Sequence record: OR513085.1
Strand: one strand, 5' to 3'
Length of the DNA stretch: 64,000 nt
Part shown: in pieces, positions 9,297 through 19,559 of the stretch
Layout: each line of letters opens with the position of its first letter
Position numbering within the stretch: position 1 is the first letter of the stretch
The notes under the pieces: model-generated
Databases searched by the model: none
What the model saw: the letters and a program-made list of their open reading frames with translations, nothing else
Told to the model about the DNA's origin: nothing
Position numbers and translations under genes: made by a program

Positions 9297-10055
9297 ATGC
9301 CTAGATTTAACACAAAATCAATATTTGCTTCGGCAACTAAATTTGCAAGAGGCATCCTTAGCTCAACACAAAAAATGTTTAATTCATCGGTTAAGGATGG
9401 CAATTATGACCTCAAAAAACGAATTGAGGAATCAGAATTTGTTAGAGATGATTCGTCCGCTAAGTCAGCTGCGCAAGATTGGCTACGTAAATACATGCAG
9501 AACAAAGACGTTCAGTTCAAGAAAAGACAAATGGAGGCAGGAAAGCTTTACTTTTTTCGCTATATGAAGCCTAAACACATGGACACTTTGGAATACTGGG
9601 ACCGAGGACCTCTAGTACTTTGCTTAGGCGGATATTGGTCGGCGGAAAATCAATACATTGAAGTTGGCTTAAACCTACACTTACTACCACCAAAAATTAG
9701 GCAGCAAGTACTAATTAAAGTATTTGACATGTTCAGACAACGTTATCGTGGCGAAATGTACGCGCCTACGCAACGTCCGCTAGAACTTAATTGGCAGGCT
9801 ATTGCTAGGCCTTTGCTACAATATGGAGCAGCTTTTGCATTTCGTAGCTACATACCACATCTACGTAGCCAAGCCATAGAGTTCAAATATGAAGACTGGG
9901 ATAAAGCAATATTTGTTCCTAACGAATATTTAAACAAAACTACGGCACTGGAATTGAGAAATATGTGGGCTGATTTTACTAGAAATCGTGCACTAAATCA
10001 ATTATCATCTAGCAACTTAGAAAACTTATTGTCTGGTAATGGTCAAAGAAGGTAG
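9297..10055 (+). CDS. gp2: DNA end protector protein (T4 gp2)
   Basis: GKLYFFRY..KH..TLEYWDRGPLV..GLNLHLLPPKIRQQ..RSY. Confidence 0.88.
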   Translation: MPRFNTKSIFASATKFARGILSSTQKMFNSSVKDGNYDLKKRIEESEFVRDDSSAKSAAQDWLRKYMQNKDVQFKKRQMEAGKLYFFRYMKPKHMDTLEYWDRGPLVLCLGGYWSAENQYIEVGLNLHLLPPKIRQQVLIKVFDMFRQRYRGEMYAPTQRPLELNWQAIARPLLQYGAAFAFRSYIPHLRSQAIEFKYEDWDKAIFVPNEYLNKTTALELRNMWADFTRNRALNQLSSSNLENLLSGNGQRR

Positions 10056-10194
10056 AACGTTATTACGTAACAAACGTTCTGCTACAATAACGTAATTGCT
10101 ACATTTTGCAAAAGCCTTAGCTAACGTTATTACGTAACAAACGTTCTGCTACAATAACGTAATTGCTACATTTTGCAAAAGCCTTAGCTAACGT
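10056..10194. repeat. Two perfect tandem 67-bp copies plus partial third, ACGT-rich
   Basis: 10056-10122 identical to 10123-10189. Confidence 0.9.
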
Positions 10195-10368
10195 AACGTA
10201 CGTAAAGCATAACGTTCAACAACAAATTACGTTATGCTTTAATATGCAAGCATGCACAACTTACTAAAAAGTTATGCAAGTAAAACTTTTCCATAGGAAT
10301 ATATAAACTACCTAACTATACACAATAAAGTTCAAATATAGGCATTAGCCTTTAAAGCAATACACCAC

Positions 10369-12078
10369 ATGGCAGTAGAAAATTTTAACAACAACATAAA
10401 CGTTACTAAGCAGAACGACTTGATGCGTAAACGTATCTTCAAGGAGATGCAGAACAACACAACAAAGTCTGTTATTAACAAAATTTACAACTCTATTCAA
10501 GGTAACCAAACCACCATGGACAACATCGTCAATGAAGACGCCGTATCTCCTGGCAACTTGGCAGGCAAAGCTACACAAACAGTTTTCAATACTAAAGTAG
10601 CTTCTGTAGCCGATTGTATTGGTGCTGCCTCTGAAATGGAAATTGCAGATATCCTAGATCGTTTTGTCGATGAAATGATTGTTTACGGAACTGGCAACAA
10701 CAGATTCTGTGAACCTGACTATTCGTCAATTGAGCAATTGGATATTACTGACAATGCTAAGCAGGAACTAAAAGACGAAATTGACAAAGCGTTTTCAAGA
10801 GTTTATAGATTGCTTAAGTACTCACGTCATAACATTCGTAGCGTTGAGGACGTTTCTGCATTAGCAAAACGTTGGCTAACTATTGGTAAGCTAGCATACT
10901 TTATTGTCTATGACAACTTAGAAAAGCCTACAAAAATTCTAGACATTATCCCAATTGACTTACGTAGATACACGCTAATTAAGCATGATATCCCAGTTAA
11001 AGTTAATAATGGGAAATATACATCGACTAAGACAGTTACTTATTGGACACTTCACGAAAACACTGGTAACGACCAGTACGGAAGAACAATGTATAACTCG
11101 GCAATGACTAACTTTACTTACTCGTTAGATAACGCACAGTTCCAAAAAGACATTTTTACTGACATGGAAATTACTATGGCAGACTGGTCTAGAGTAGAAT
11201 TTGAACTATCTAACGTACAGTCATATACTGCCATGCTACTTAGACCTTTCAACATTCTACGTATCATGGAACGTACAAAAATAATCTGGGCTGTAATGAA
11301 CTCACGTTACAGAACAATGTATAAAATTCCTGTTGCTAACTTAGGTAAGCAAAGAGGTAAGCAGGTTATTTCAATGGTAATGAACGACTACAAGGAAAAT
11401 GTAGAATTCAATTCGACTACCGGACAAATTTCAGTCAACGGACAGCCGGACTTACCTTTTAACAAGGACATTTGGATGGGCCGAGGTAATGCAGGTGAAC
11501 CTGAAATTATACCACTTGGCGGTAATGGTCCTGATATGTCAGACACTTCTACATTAACTCCGTTCTACCAAAAGTTACAAAAAGCGTCTAAAATGCCAAT
11601 GTCTAGATTCGAGGAAAACAATGCAGTTTACTGGGATATTAACCCAATGGCAATTTCTCTTGAAGAACGTAGATTTGGTAAATACAACGAAAAAGTTCAG
11701 CAACAATTTATCGAACCTCTACGTAAATGTACGTACTACCAGCTACTTATAGCTAATCCAAAATATATTGGCGACACTAACATTTATGATGCTCTTAACA
11801 TTCGTTGCAACAGATACAATGAACTTGAGCAAATGATGGAACTTGAAACTTTGAACAAGAAAATCGAACTTATCGGAGATGTTAAAGACAAAATGAAAAT
11901 TTACGATAAGGATGGCAACGAAGTTCCACTTATATCTACTAGATTGCTACTTGACAAATACTTACCGCTTACTAAGGCAGAAAAAGAACTTAACGAGAAG
12001 TACATCAAGGAAGAGCAGGAGAATATTAAGAAGGCTATACAAAATCAAACATATTCTGGTGAAAACCAAGGTTATTAG
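10369..12078 (+). CDS. gp20: Portal protein (T4 gp20)
   Basis: ILDRFVDEMIV, LRIMERTKIIW..RTMYKIPVANL, FNSTTGQI, DIWMGR, LQKASKMPMSRF, ISLEERRFGK. Confidence 0.92.
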   Translation: MAVENFNNNINVTKQNDLMRKRIFKEMQNNTTKSVINKIYNSIQGNQTTMDNIVNEDAVSPGNLAGKATQTVFNTKVASVADCIGAASEMEIADILDRFVDEMIVYGTGNNRFCEPDYSSIEQLDITDNAKQELKDEIDKAFSRVYRLLKYSRHNIRSVEDVSALAKRWLTIGKLAYFIVYDNLEKPTKILDIIPIDLRRYTLIKHDIPVKVNNGKYTSTKTVTYWTLHENTGNDQYGRTMYNSAMTNFTYSLDNAQFQKDIFTDMEITMADWSRVEFELSNVQSYTAMLLRPFNILRIMERTKIIWAVMNSRYRTMYKIPVANLGKQRGKQVISMVMNDYKENVEFNSTTGQISVNGQPDLPFNKDIWMGRGNAGEPEIIPLGGNGPDMSDTSTLTPFYQKLQKASKMPMSRFEENNAVYWDINPMAISLEERRFGKYNEKVQQQFIEPLRKCTYYQLLIANPKYIGDTNIYDALNIRCNRYNELEQMMELETLNKKIELIGDVKDKMKIYDKDGNEVPLISTRLLLDKYLPLTKAEKELNEKYIKEEQENIKKAIQNQTYSGENQGY

Positions 12079-12092
12079 CTACAACAAACAAC

Positions 12093-12119
12093 AAAAGCCT
12101 AGCATAACGTTAGGCTTTT
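12093..12119 (+). terminator. Intrinsic terminator
   Basis: AAAAGCCTA / TAGGCTTTT. Confidence 0.65.
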
Positions 12120-12147
12120 GTTTAATTTTTAAAAAATGCAATAATAT

Positions 12148-12396
12148 ATGAAAACATTTACATACTTTATTAATGAAGCTAAACGAAACGAAAATTTACG
12201 TAATGACATTTATGCTAAATTGACTGCAGGCTCATCTAAAGTACCGCTGACAGTTATACAAAGATTAACTGCAATGATACAAAATAAAAAAGTATCGTTG
12301 ACTGCAATTTTATCATTTGCTGAAAGTTTCATAAAAGACAAAGACTTACTTAATGAAATTGTTAGCATGCTAAATTCAAATTTCGTTAATGAATAA
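12148..12396 (+). CDS. Small prohead core/internal protein (position of T4 gp67/68)
   Basis: MKTFTYFINE|A leader; lies between portal and protease. Confidence 0.55.
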   Translation: MKTFTYFINEAKRNENLRNDIYAKLTAGSSKVPLTVIQRLTAMIQNKKVSLTAILSFAESFIKDKDLLNEIVSMLNSNFVNE

Positions 12397-12409
12397 CACT
12401 ATTGTGTAG

Positions 12410-12417
12410 TATACATA
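12410..12417 (+). promoter_or_regulatory. Late promoter TATACATA
   Basis: Shortly upstream of the protease ATG. Confidence 0.6.
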
Positions 12418-12439
12418 CTAAAACCTACAATATTATTTT

Positions 12440-15400
12440 ATGAACAACACACAGAACTTAGGTTTTCTTGTAGAAAATCATGTTTCGCACAACGTCTTCC
12501 AAAGAATTGACGAATCTGTTGCGTTACCAGATGGAGTTCTGATGCTTATGCGAGGTACGTTTATTCCTATGGACGTTCCTGGCGAGAATGGCAGATGGTA
12601 CACTTACGCTGACTATGCACCGCAGGTAGAAATGTTACTACCTAAAATTGCTAGGAAAGAATGTTTTGGAGAAATTGAACATCCTCAAAGAGTTCACGTT
12701 CCTTACGACTTAGCGTCTCACAGAGTTGAGGAAGTTTACTACGACAAAGCATCAAATTCTTGGATTGGTACTATCGCAATTTTAGATACTGACAAAGGTA
12801 GAGCAGTTTACGATATCGCAAAAACTGGAGCTCCTATATACGTTTCGCATAGAGCGTTAGGTTCAGTTGACCAAAAGACTGGCAAAGGAATTCTACTTAA
12901 ATTGCTTACTTGGGACGTAACTTCCAATCCATCGTTTAAGGCTGCAGAATTTAGCAGAGCCGAACTTATCAATGAATCCGCTTACGTTTACTTGCCGCTA
13001 GAAGACGAAATGCTTAACGAATGCTATGCTGAGCTTGGCTTAACGTCAGAAGACTTCATCAACGAATCTACTGTTACTCTAACTCAAAGCGAATTGTTAG
13101 CTATGCTTAATGAAGCGTCTAACAATGCTAACGCTATAGCTACCGAACGTTACGCAAAGCTTTTAGCTAACGCAATTAATGTAAATGCCAATTTTGTTAA
13201 TGAACATATTGCAATTCAGCCATCACAAGTTATCGACGTCGTTAAGAAAATTAAAGAACGTCCTTGGATGACTGCCCAGGAAATGCTTGACCCGGAATTC
13301 AAATTTAACGACGAATATATGCATCCGCTAGATTTAGTTGCTGCAATGCAAGCTCTGGCTTCAGAAGGCATGCTATACGACGAAGATGCTCCTGGTTTTG
13401 ATGAAAACGAACCTCAAATAGCATCAGTTATTGCAGTACCTCAATTAGAAGAAGTAATTGCTAATTGGCAAATGGAGCAAGATGCTTTAGCTGCGGATGT
13501 TATTGCTGCCGAAGAAGCCAAAGCTGCTAAGTTTTCAAATGAATCTGTAGACTTCGTAAATAATTTTGCATCTGAATATGCTTTTGTAGGTCCTTATGAA
13601 GCTACAAAACAAGCAGTAGCTGCATTAACTGGCAAAGCTATTGGTGATCTTTCTGAATCTGTTGAAGCTAGAATTTCCGACATAATGGTTAACGCTAAAC
13701 CTGGTAATGCTGAGGAAATTATAAATGCTTTAGTTGACGCTGAACTATATGTTAGTGAAGCTTTAGAAGCAGCTAGCAATCCTAATAAGAACAAAGAAAT
13801 GCTACAAATTTTAGTTAACTTTACAAAATATGTTGAACTAAAATTACATGTATTCCACCACAATACTAAAAGCTACGCACAACATAAAGCATTCGATACA
13901 GCATACAAAAGCTTCCAAAAGCTAACTGATAGCATAATTGAACAAGCTATGGGATATAGCGGCGAACGCTATGATACTATAGACCTTTCAGTTTCTATGC
14001 CAATTGTATATGCTGACGATTCTGGAGCTGATGTTATAGAATCACTTTATTCGTTGTCAAAAGTTATTAAGCTAATTTCTGAGGATTTGATTGCCGGAGG
14101 ACTTTCTACGTTATCTGACGATGTTTCAGGAATTGGTGCGCAACTTTCGTACTTAATGACATTAAACGAATCTCAGCTAGATGAATTTGCTAATGAAGGT
14201 GTTTCTAGCTGGCTTAAAGATAAGTGGTCTAGGCTTAAACGTTGGGCCAACTCAAACATAGATGCTACTGTAACTATTGATGGAGTAGACTATATTATTG
14301 ATGACATTCAGGAAGACGACAAAGTAATTTGCAGAGATTCCGATGGCAAAGCCAAAGAATTTACCTTTGACGAGGTTTATAAATACTTAAACGAAAACAA
14401 CATATTACAACCACAAACAATGGCAAATACACACATTAACGAGGGCGTTGACGGAGCAAAAGCAAACGTTCTAGCTATTCTTTCCGGAGCAAAATTTGTA
14501 AGCTCGGTAGATAATGCAACAGATTATGACTATTCAATTGACGACGACGGACTTACTGCAGCTTCTGATGAAGTGGCATTAGATATCCTAGCCGTTCTTA
14601 AAAATAACGCAGTTACTGCTTCTGTAGATGGAGCTAAAGTAGCTATAACTTTCGGAATTGTTCCTGCAGTAGTTACTGACCAAATTAACGAATCTTTAGA
14701 AGACTTCTGTAACAAAATGCTTAGCTATGCTAACGAATCAGGTAATGCAGGAAACATTATTAACGCAGCAATGGCTATTCAAAATGCTAATGGCGTTATA
14801 AACATTAACGAATCTTACGTTACGTATTGCGAACAAATTGTAGAATATGCTAACGAATCAGGAGTAGCTTCTGACATTGCTAACGCTGGATCGCTATTAC
14901 AAAATGCTTTAGAAGCAAAATTTGCTAATGAGGCCGAAGAAACTGCAGCAATCGTATCTGATGCTACAATTGCCGGAGATGTTGCTGTAGATGGAGGTAA
15001 TGAAAGATATGCAGTAGGATGCGTATTCTCAGTAGATTCTCAAAACTTCACAGTTGCTGAATTTGACGGAACTAACGTAGTAACTACTACTGGTGAAACT
15101 TTCACTGTAGCTGAACTAAAGAAAGACGATGACGCACCAATTCCTGGAACTGATGATGCATTAGAACCTGGTGCTCCTGTAGAAGGCGACAATACTGTTG
15201 ATATGACTGTAACTCCTGTAGGAACTATCGGTTCAATCAACGAATCTTATAGCAAAACTAACAAGCCAAAAATTGGTGATAAAGTTACTTTCATCATGGA
15301 TAACCCAGACGGTCCTGGATTTGGTAAAGTTAAAAATGGTGAAAAAGTTACTGCTACTGTAGCTGATTTTGGTGACTGGGAAGGTGACGGTTATTCTCTT

Positions 15401-16063
15401 GACGTAGTACTTACTGGAGTTTCTGAGGAATACAACGTTTACACTACTGAACTTATCAATGAAGCTGCTGAGGACTTAACTGACTTACCTTCTGGAACTG
15501 CAGAGAACATTGACCATAAAGTTATCGAGGATGGCAATGCTACTGACATTCCTAGCAACCTCGACAAACCACTAGAAAACAAATTAGCTGAGGACTTCCT
15601 TGCTAGAGCTGATAAAGGCGTAACATTTGAACAATGGATTGTTGACCAAGCTTCTGCTAACGAATTAGTTACTCCTCAGTTAGTAATGACGGTTAAAACA
15701 ATTATTTCTGACATGGAAGTTAAGCAAATGATTAACGAATCTGCAGTACTAACCGCAGCATTTATTAACGAATCTGCAGAAGCTACTGAACAATCAGCTC
15801 ACTTAAAGCTTATTGGTGACCACATCGGACAATCTCACAAATACATGTTTGAACACTTGAACGAATCTGCAAAAGGAGTTCTAGTTGCTCAAGCTGAATT
15901 GTATAACTTGTCCAGCCAAAATATCCACGACTTCCTTGATACAAGAAACTGGGCACAAATCGCTAATACTACAATTAACGAATCAGTAGCTCAAATTTCT
16001 GCAAATATTCAACAAAATGACTGGAAATCTGCACTTAAAGCATCTTTCAGAGCAGGTAGATAG
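12440..16063 (+). CDS. gp21: Prohead protease (gp21 family) fused to a roughly 1030-aa acidic scaffold/cargo polyprotein
   Basis: GENGRWY, CFGEIEHP (His), VSHRALGS (Ser), WDVTSNPSF in the first 175 aa; about 20 xNE|S/A/G sites downstream. Confidence 0.88.
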   Translation: MNNTQNLGFLVENHVSHNVFQRIDESVALPDGVLMLMRGTFIPMDVPGENGRWYTYADYAPQVEMLLPKIARKECFGEIEHPQRVHVPYDLASHRVEEVYYDKASNSWIGTIAILDTDKGRAVYDIAKTGAPIYVSHRALGSVDQKTGKGILLKLLTWDVTSNPSFKAAEFSRAELINESAYVYLPLEDEMLNECYAELGLTSEDFINESTVTLTQSELLAMLNEASNNANAIATERYAKLLANAINVNANFVNEHIAIQPSQVIDVVKKIKERPWMTAQEMLDPEFKFNDEYMHPLDLVAAMQALASEGMLYDEDAPGFDENEPQIASVIAVPQLEEVIANWQMEQDALAADVIAAEEAKAAKFSNESVDFVNNFASEYAFVGPYEATKQAVAALTGKAIGDLSESVEARISDIMVNAKPGNAEEIINALVDAELYVSEALEAASNPNKNKEMLQILVNFTKYVELKLHVFHHNTKSYAQHKAFDTAYKSFQKLTDSIIEQAMGYSGERYDTIDLSVSMPIVYADDSGADVIESLYSLSKVIKLISEDLIAGGLSTLSDDVSGIGAQLSYLMTLNESQLDEFANEGVSSWLKDKWSRLKRWANSNIDATVTIDGVDYIIDDIQEDDKVICRDSDGKAKEFTFDEVYKYLNENNILQPQTMANTHINEGVDGAKANVLAILSGAKFVSSVDNATDYDYSIDDDGLTAASDEVALDILAVLKNNAVTASVDGAKVAITFGIVPAVVTDQINESLEDFCNKMLSYANESGNAGNIINAAMAIQNANGVININESYVTYCEQIVEYANESGVASDIANAGSLLQNALEAKFANEAEETAAIVSDATIAGDVAVDGGNERYAVGCVFSVDSQNFTVAEFDGTNVVTTTGETFTVAELKKDDDAPIPGTDDALEPGAPVEGDNTVDMTVTPVGTIGSINESYSKTNKPKIGDKVTFIMDNPDGPGFGKVKNGEKVTATVADFGDWEGDGYSLDVVLTGVSEEYNVYTTELINEAAEDLTDLPSGTAENIDHKVIEDGNATDIPSNLDKPLENKLAEDFLARADKGVTFEQWIVDQASANELVTPQLVMTVKTIISDMEVKQMINESAVLTAAFINESAEATEQSAHLKLIGDHIGQSHKYMFEHLNESAKGVLVAQAELYNLSSQNIHDFLDTRNWAQIANTTINESVAQISANIQQNDWKSALKASFRAGR

Positions 16064-16113
16064 CACTTAAATTTTTAAAGTTAGGTTTTAAACAACGTGT
16101 GTTACACGTATAT

Positions 16114-16159
16114 TTGAACGAACCTGGATTCTTTTTAGAGTCCGGGTTTTTGCGTTCAA
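16114..16159 (+). terminator. Intrinsic terminator (extended hairpin)
   Basis: TTGAACG-AACCTGGATTCT / AGAGTCCGGGTT-tttg-CGTTCAA. Confidence 0.7.
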
Positions 16160-16238
16160 AACTAGTGAAAATATTTTCAAAAACTTTTCAAAAAAGTGCC
16201 CAAAATGGCCCATTTTCAAAATAACTTTGCAGGTAGGT

Positions 16239-16246
16239 TATAAATA
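16239..16246 (+). promoter_or_regulatory. Late promoter TATAAATA
   Basis: Exact T4 late consensus upstream of the capsid gene. Confidence 0.75.
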
Positions 16247-16278
16247 ATTTAACAATAACAAAAATAAAACATTTTCAC

Positions 16279-18000
16279 ATGCAAACATTATTTCCAAACG
16301 CCAACCAAGTTGGCAACATGGTAGACAGATGGTCTGAATTTATTAACGAAGCAGCTCCTAAAGGTGGTAGTACTCTATCTGATGGTAAGAGAGCAATGAT
16401 CGCTCAGGTTGCAGAATTCCACGCTCATGGCAAGGATATCGCAACTGGAGGATTCTTGAACGAATCTATCATCGGTACAAATATTATGTCAAACGGTGCT
16501 AACATGAACGGAATGGGTTCTATTACTCTTCCTACTAACGTTAAAGCTGGATTTACCCAATTCAACCAACAAACTCCTGGTTCTGGTGATGTTCCTGTGA
16601 CTGTGCTTTCAATGGCAATGTCAGTAGCTGCGACTACTATCGGTTTTGATTTGTTACCAACTATTCCAATTTATCAGCCTGCAGTAATGCTACAGTACGT
16701 AGATTACCTTTACGGTGGTGGTAAACTTGATTCGGCAGATAACCCTCCTTTGATCGTTATGGCTAGAATTGAGGAACTTAGAGGACACCTTGATCTTAGA
16801 CAAGGTTCTAAAGTTGCTATCCACTCTGTTGCAGGTGATGCTACTTCTGGATGGACATTTGAGTTCGTTGGATTTACAAGATTAGAAGGATATGCAACTT
16901 TAAAGGTTGACACTTTCGCTAACAAAGTAACTCCTGCATTAGGTTCTCTTGCTTTAGTTGAATTTACTATTGACGGTGGTGCTCCTGTAACAGTTGCTCC
17001 TGCTGGAAATCCTAAATTGGAATTAGCTAGAGCGGTTGAAAACCACTTCTCAATGTTCACAGCTTACGGAAACCTTGATGGTGAAGGAGTTGATAGAGCT
17101 GAAGCTGAAAAAGGTACAAGATCAGTTATCGAAATGAGAACTTACTCTAAAGTAGTAAGAACTAAAGAACATGCTGTAGAAGGTATCGTTTCAAGACAAC
17201 AAGCTAGAGATATCAAAGCTATGGGTCTTGATGCATTCCCTCAATTGAAAGTTGCAATGCAGAATGACATCTCTCAGTCATTAAACAAGGAAATCCTTAT
17301 GAGAATGAGACAGATGGGTGTTTCTACACACTTAATGTTACAGAAATCTCAAGGAGTTAACTTGAACACTTACATTGACTTACCAGCTAACACTTCTAAG
17401 CCAATTGTACAGTTCAAAACTCAGCCTCTTATCGACAAGAACGGAGTTAACCAAACTGCTAACTTCTTACCAGCTCCTAACTCTGAAACTAACTCAGCTG
17501 CTGAAAACCTTTGGACTAGACAAAGAAGAGTAACTTCTACCATCATCACTGGTGCTGCTCTAGTAGGACAAGCTTCTTTCCACGGTTCTGCTGACGCTGT
17601 AGTTGTTAACTCTCAGTTAATGGCAGCTATTAAGGAATCTGTTGGTTACCAGCCAGCTACTATTGAGAACAAAATCTCTCAGTCTACAAAGGCTCTTTAT
17701 TATGCAGGTACTATTTCTGACGTTGCAGTTTACTGTGACCCTAACATGAAATGGAACGATACTACTGCTATCTTGGCTAGAACAGGTAAAACTGATGACG
17801 GTCTTGATATTAACCAATTAGCAGAAGGGTTAGTTTTTCTTCCGTATGTCTTGAGTTCGGAAGTTGAAATTATCACTGAAGGAACTATGGGTCCTAAAGC
17901 GTTAATCGAAACTGTTTATGCTATCGGAGAAATTGGTATCAGACCAGAACTTGCTTACTTAACTATCGTATTCGATAACGGATTTGGTAGATGGGCATAA
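16279..18000 (+). CDS. gp23: Major capsid protein (T4 gp23 family)
   Basis: PGSGD..VLSMAMSVAATTIGFDLLPTIP, VVVNSQL, YAGTI, EGLVFLPY, EGTMGPK; follows the protease; FLNE|S at residue 62. Confidence 0.92.
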   Translation: MQTLFPNANQVGNMVDRWSEFINEAAPKGGSTLSDGKRAMIAQVAEFHAHGKDIATGGFLNESIIGTNIMSNGANMNGMGSITLPTNVKAGFTQFNQQTPGSGDVPVTVLSMAMSVAATTIGFDLLPTIPIYQPAVMLQYVDYLYGGGKLDSADNPPLIVMARIEELRGHLDLRQGSKVAIHSVAGDATSGWTFEFVGFTRLEGYATLKVDTFANKVTPALGSLALVEFTIDGGAPVTVAPAGNPKLELARAVENHFSMFTAYGNLDGEGVDRAEAEKGTRSVIEMRTYSKVVRTKEHAVEGIVSRQQARDIKAMGLDAFPQLKVAMQNDISQSLNKEILMRMRQMGVSTHLMLQKSQGVNLNTYIDLPANTSKPIVQFKTQPLIDKNGVNQTANFLPAPNSETNSAAENLWTRQRRVTSTIITGAALVGQASFHGSADAVVVNSQLMAAIKESVGYQPATIENKISQSTKALYYAGTISDVAVYCDPNMKWNDTTAILARTGKTDDGLDINQLAEGLVFLPYVLSSEVEIITEGTMGPKALIETVYAIGEIGIRPELAYLTIVFDNGFGRWA

Positions 18001-18036
18001 TCAATAAAGCTTCGGCTAAATTGATTTAACAATATG

Positions 18037-18069
18037 AACCTCGGTTACTTTTTGTAGCCGAGGTTTTTT
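18037..18069 (+). terminator. Intrinsic terminator
   Basis: AACCTCGGTTAC / GTAGCCGAGGTT + T run. Confidence 0.8.
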
Positions 18070-18092
18070 GTGTTAAAATAGTTGCAAAAATA

Positions 18093-18124
18093 TTTTCATA
18101 TGTTAAATAAAATGATTAAATTTA
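18093..18124 (+). promoter_or_regulatory. Early host-type promoter
   Basis: TTTTC-19nt-TAAATTTA. Confidence 0.65.
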
Positions 18125-18128
18125 TATA

Positions 18129-19559
18129 ATGATTAAACGTAAAAGACAAACATATAATGACGTTATAGCCGATTGCAAAAAAGCTCATGGTAATTATTAT
18201 GACTATGTAGATACGTCTGCTACTTGGTATAAGAAAACTGACAAACTTAGAATTATATGTCCTGTTCATGGCGAATTTGAACAATCTGGCAAAAACCATA
18301 GTAAAGGCCAAGGCTGCACAAAATGCAAAAAGAACATACAATCGTATGACCAAATTATAACTAAAGTCCTGGAAATTCATGCGTCCAGAGGCTATATTTA
18401 CGAAGACACTTCGGCAGAATTTACAGTTTCAACATCGTCATTCCTTAAAGCTAATTGTCCTAAGCATGGCGAATTTGAAGTCAGGGCGCATGCACATAGT
18501 GTAGGTGTTTTAGGATGTCAAGGATGCTATACGGATGATTTAGTTGATCGTCAAAGATATAGTAAAGATGAAATGCATAGCATTTGTAAAGTTATTTTAG
18601 CTAAACGTAAATGTACAATTTTAGACATAACTTTTTATGTCGATAAAGCAAATTCAAATTTTATAATAAATTGCCCTAAGCATGGCAATTTTGAAAAGAA
18701 TGCTTATCAAATTTTATTAAAACAAGGTTGCCCTAATTGCGTAGGCTATAATTCCTCAAAGGCTGAAACATTTTTGAGAGATCATTTAGTTGGCCAAGGT
18801 ATTGCAGATGCTGTAGGTCGTAAGCGTTTTAGACATCATGAAACTAATAAACTTTACGAAATAGACGTGCAATCGCCAAGCTTAAAAATTGGAATAGAAT
18901 TTAACGGAATACATTGGCATAGAGGCGAAGTATTCAAGCATAAACATATGCTAAAAACTACAAGCCTAGACTATATGAACTGGCAGTTAATTCATATTTT
19001 TGAGGATGAATATCATGCAAAATTTAATGCAGTAATGTCAATGATTAATCATAAGCACGGAGTTACTAAACAAAAAATTCATGCCAGGAAAACTAAGACT
19101 GCTTTAATTGACGAAGACACTTACGTACAATTCTGCAACGAAAACTGCATACAAATTTTTGACAAGCTGGCATTTAATTACGTAGGGCTATATTTAGCAG
19201 AAACATTAGTTGGCGTAATTGCGTATAACGTAGATACTAAAGCTAACGTAGACATCATAAATATTGCGATGTTAAACAATCATAATATAATTGGCGGAGT
19301 CGGCAAATTAGTAGCTTATGTAGAACGTTCGGAACGTCCTGCATCAATAACCGCTACGCTAAACAGGCAATTCTCAACTAAGCATAACGTTTTTGCAAAA
19401 CTAGGCTTTGATTTTGTTGAATATACAGAACAGAATTTTATGTACAGTATACATAGCAGTCCTAGGATTTTGCCAGAACATACGTCTATTGAACATCAAA
19501 TAGATTCTAATAAAGTCTGGGATGTCGGTAACATTATTATGAAAAAAGTGTTCAAATAA
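18129..19559 (+). mobile_element. Free-standing Hef-like homing endonuclease with three CPxHG zinc-ribbon repeats
   Basis: CPVHGEF..GQGCTKC x3; EIDV..KIGIEFNGIHWH (PD-(D/E)XK, Vsr-like); KIHARK..; VWDVG. Confidence 0.7.

Noticed and set aside
10056-10194. CRISPR array
   Set aside because: Copies are directly adjacent with no unique spacers, and no cas genes are present
9-18000. Inteins or introns in polymerase, portal, protease or capsid genes
   Set aside because: No intein terminal motifs (C...HN-C/S/T) or frame breaks; the protease extension lies after the catalytic domain
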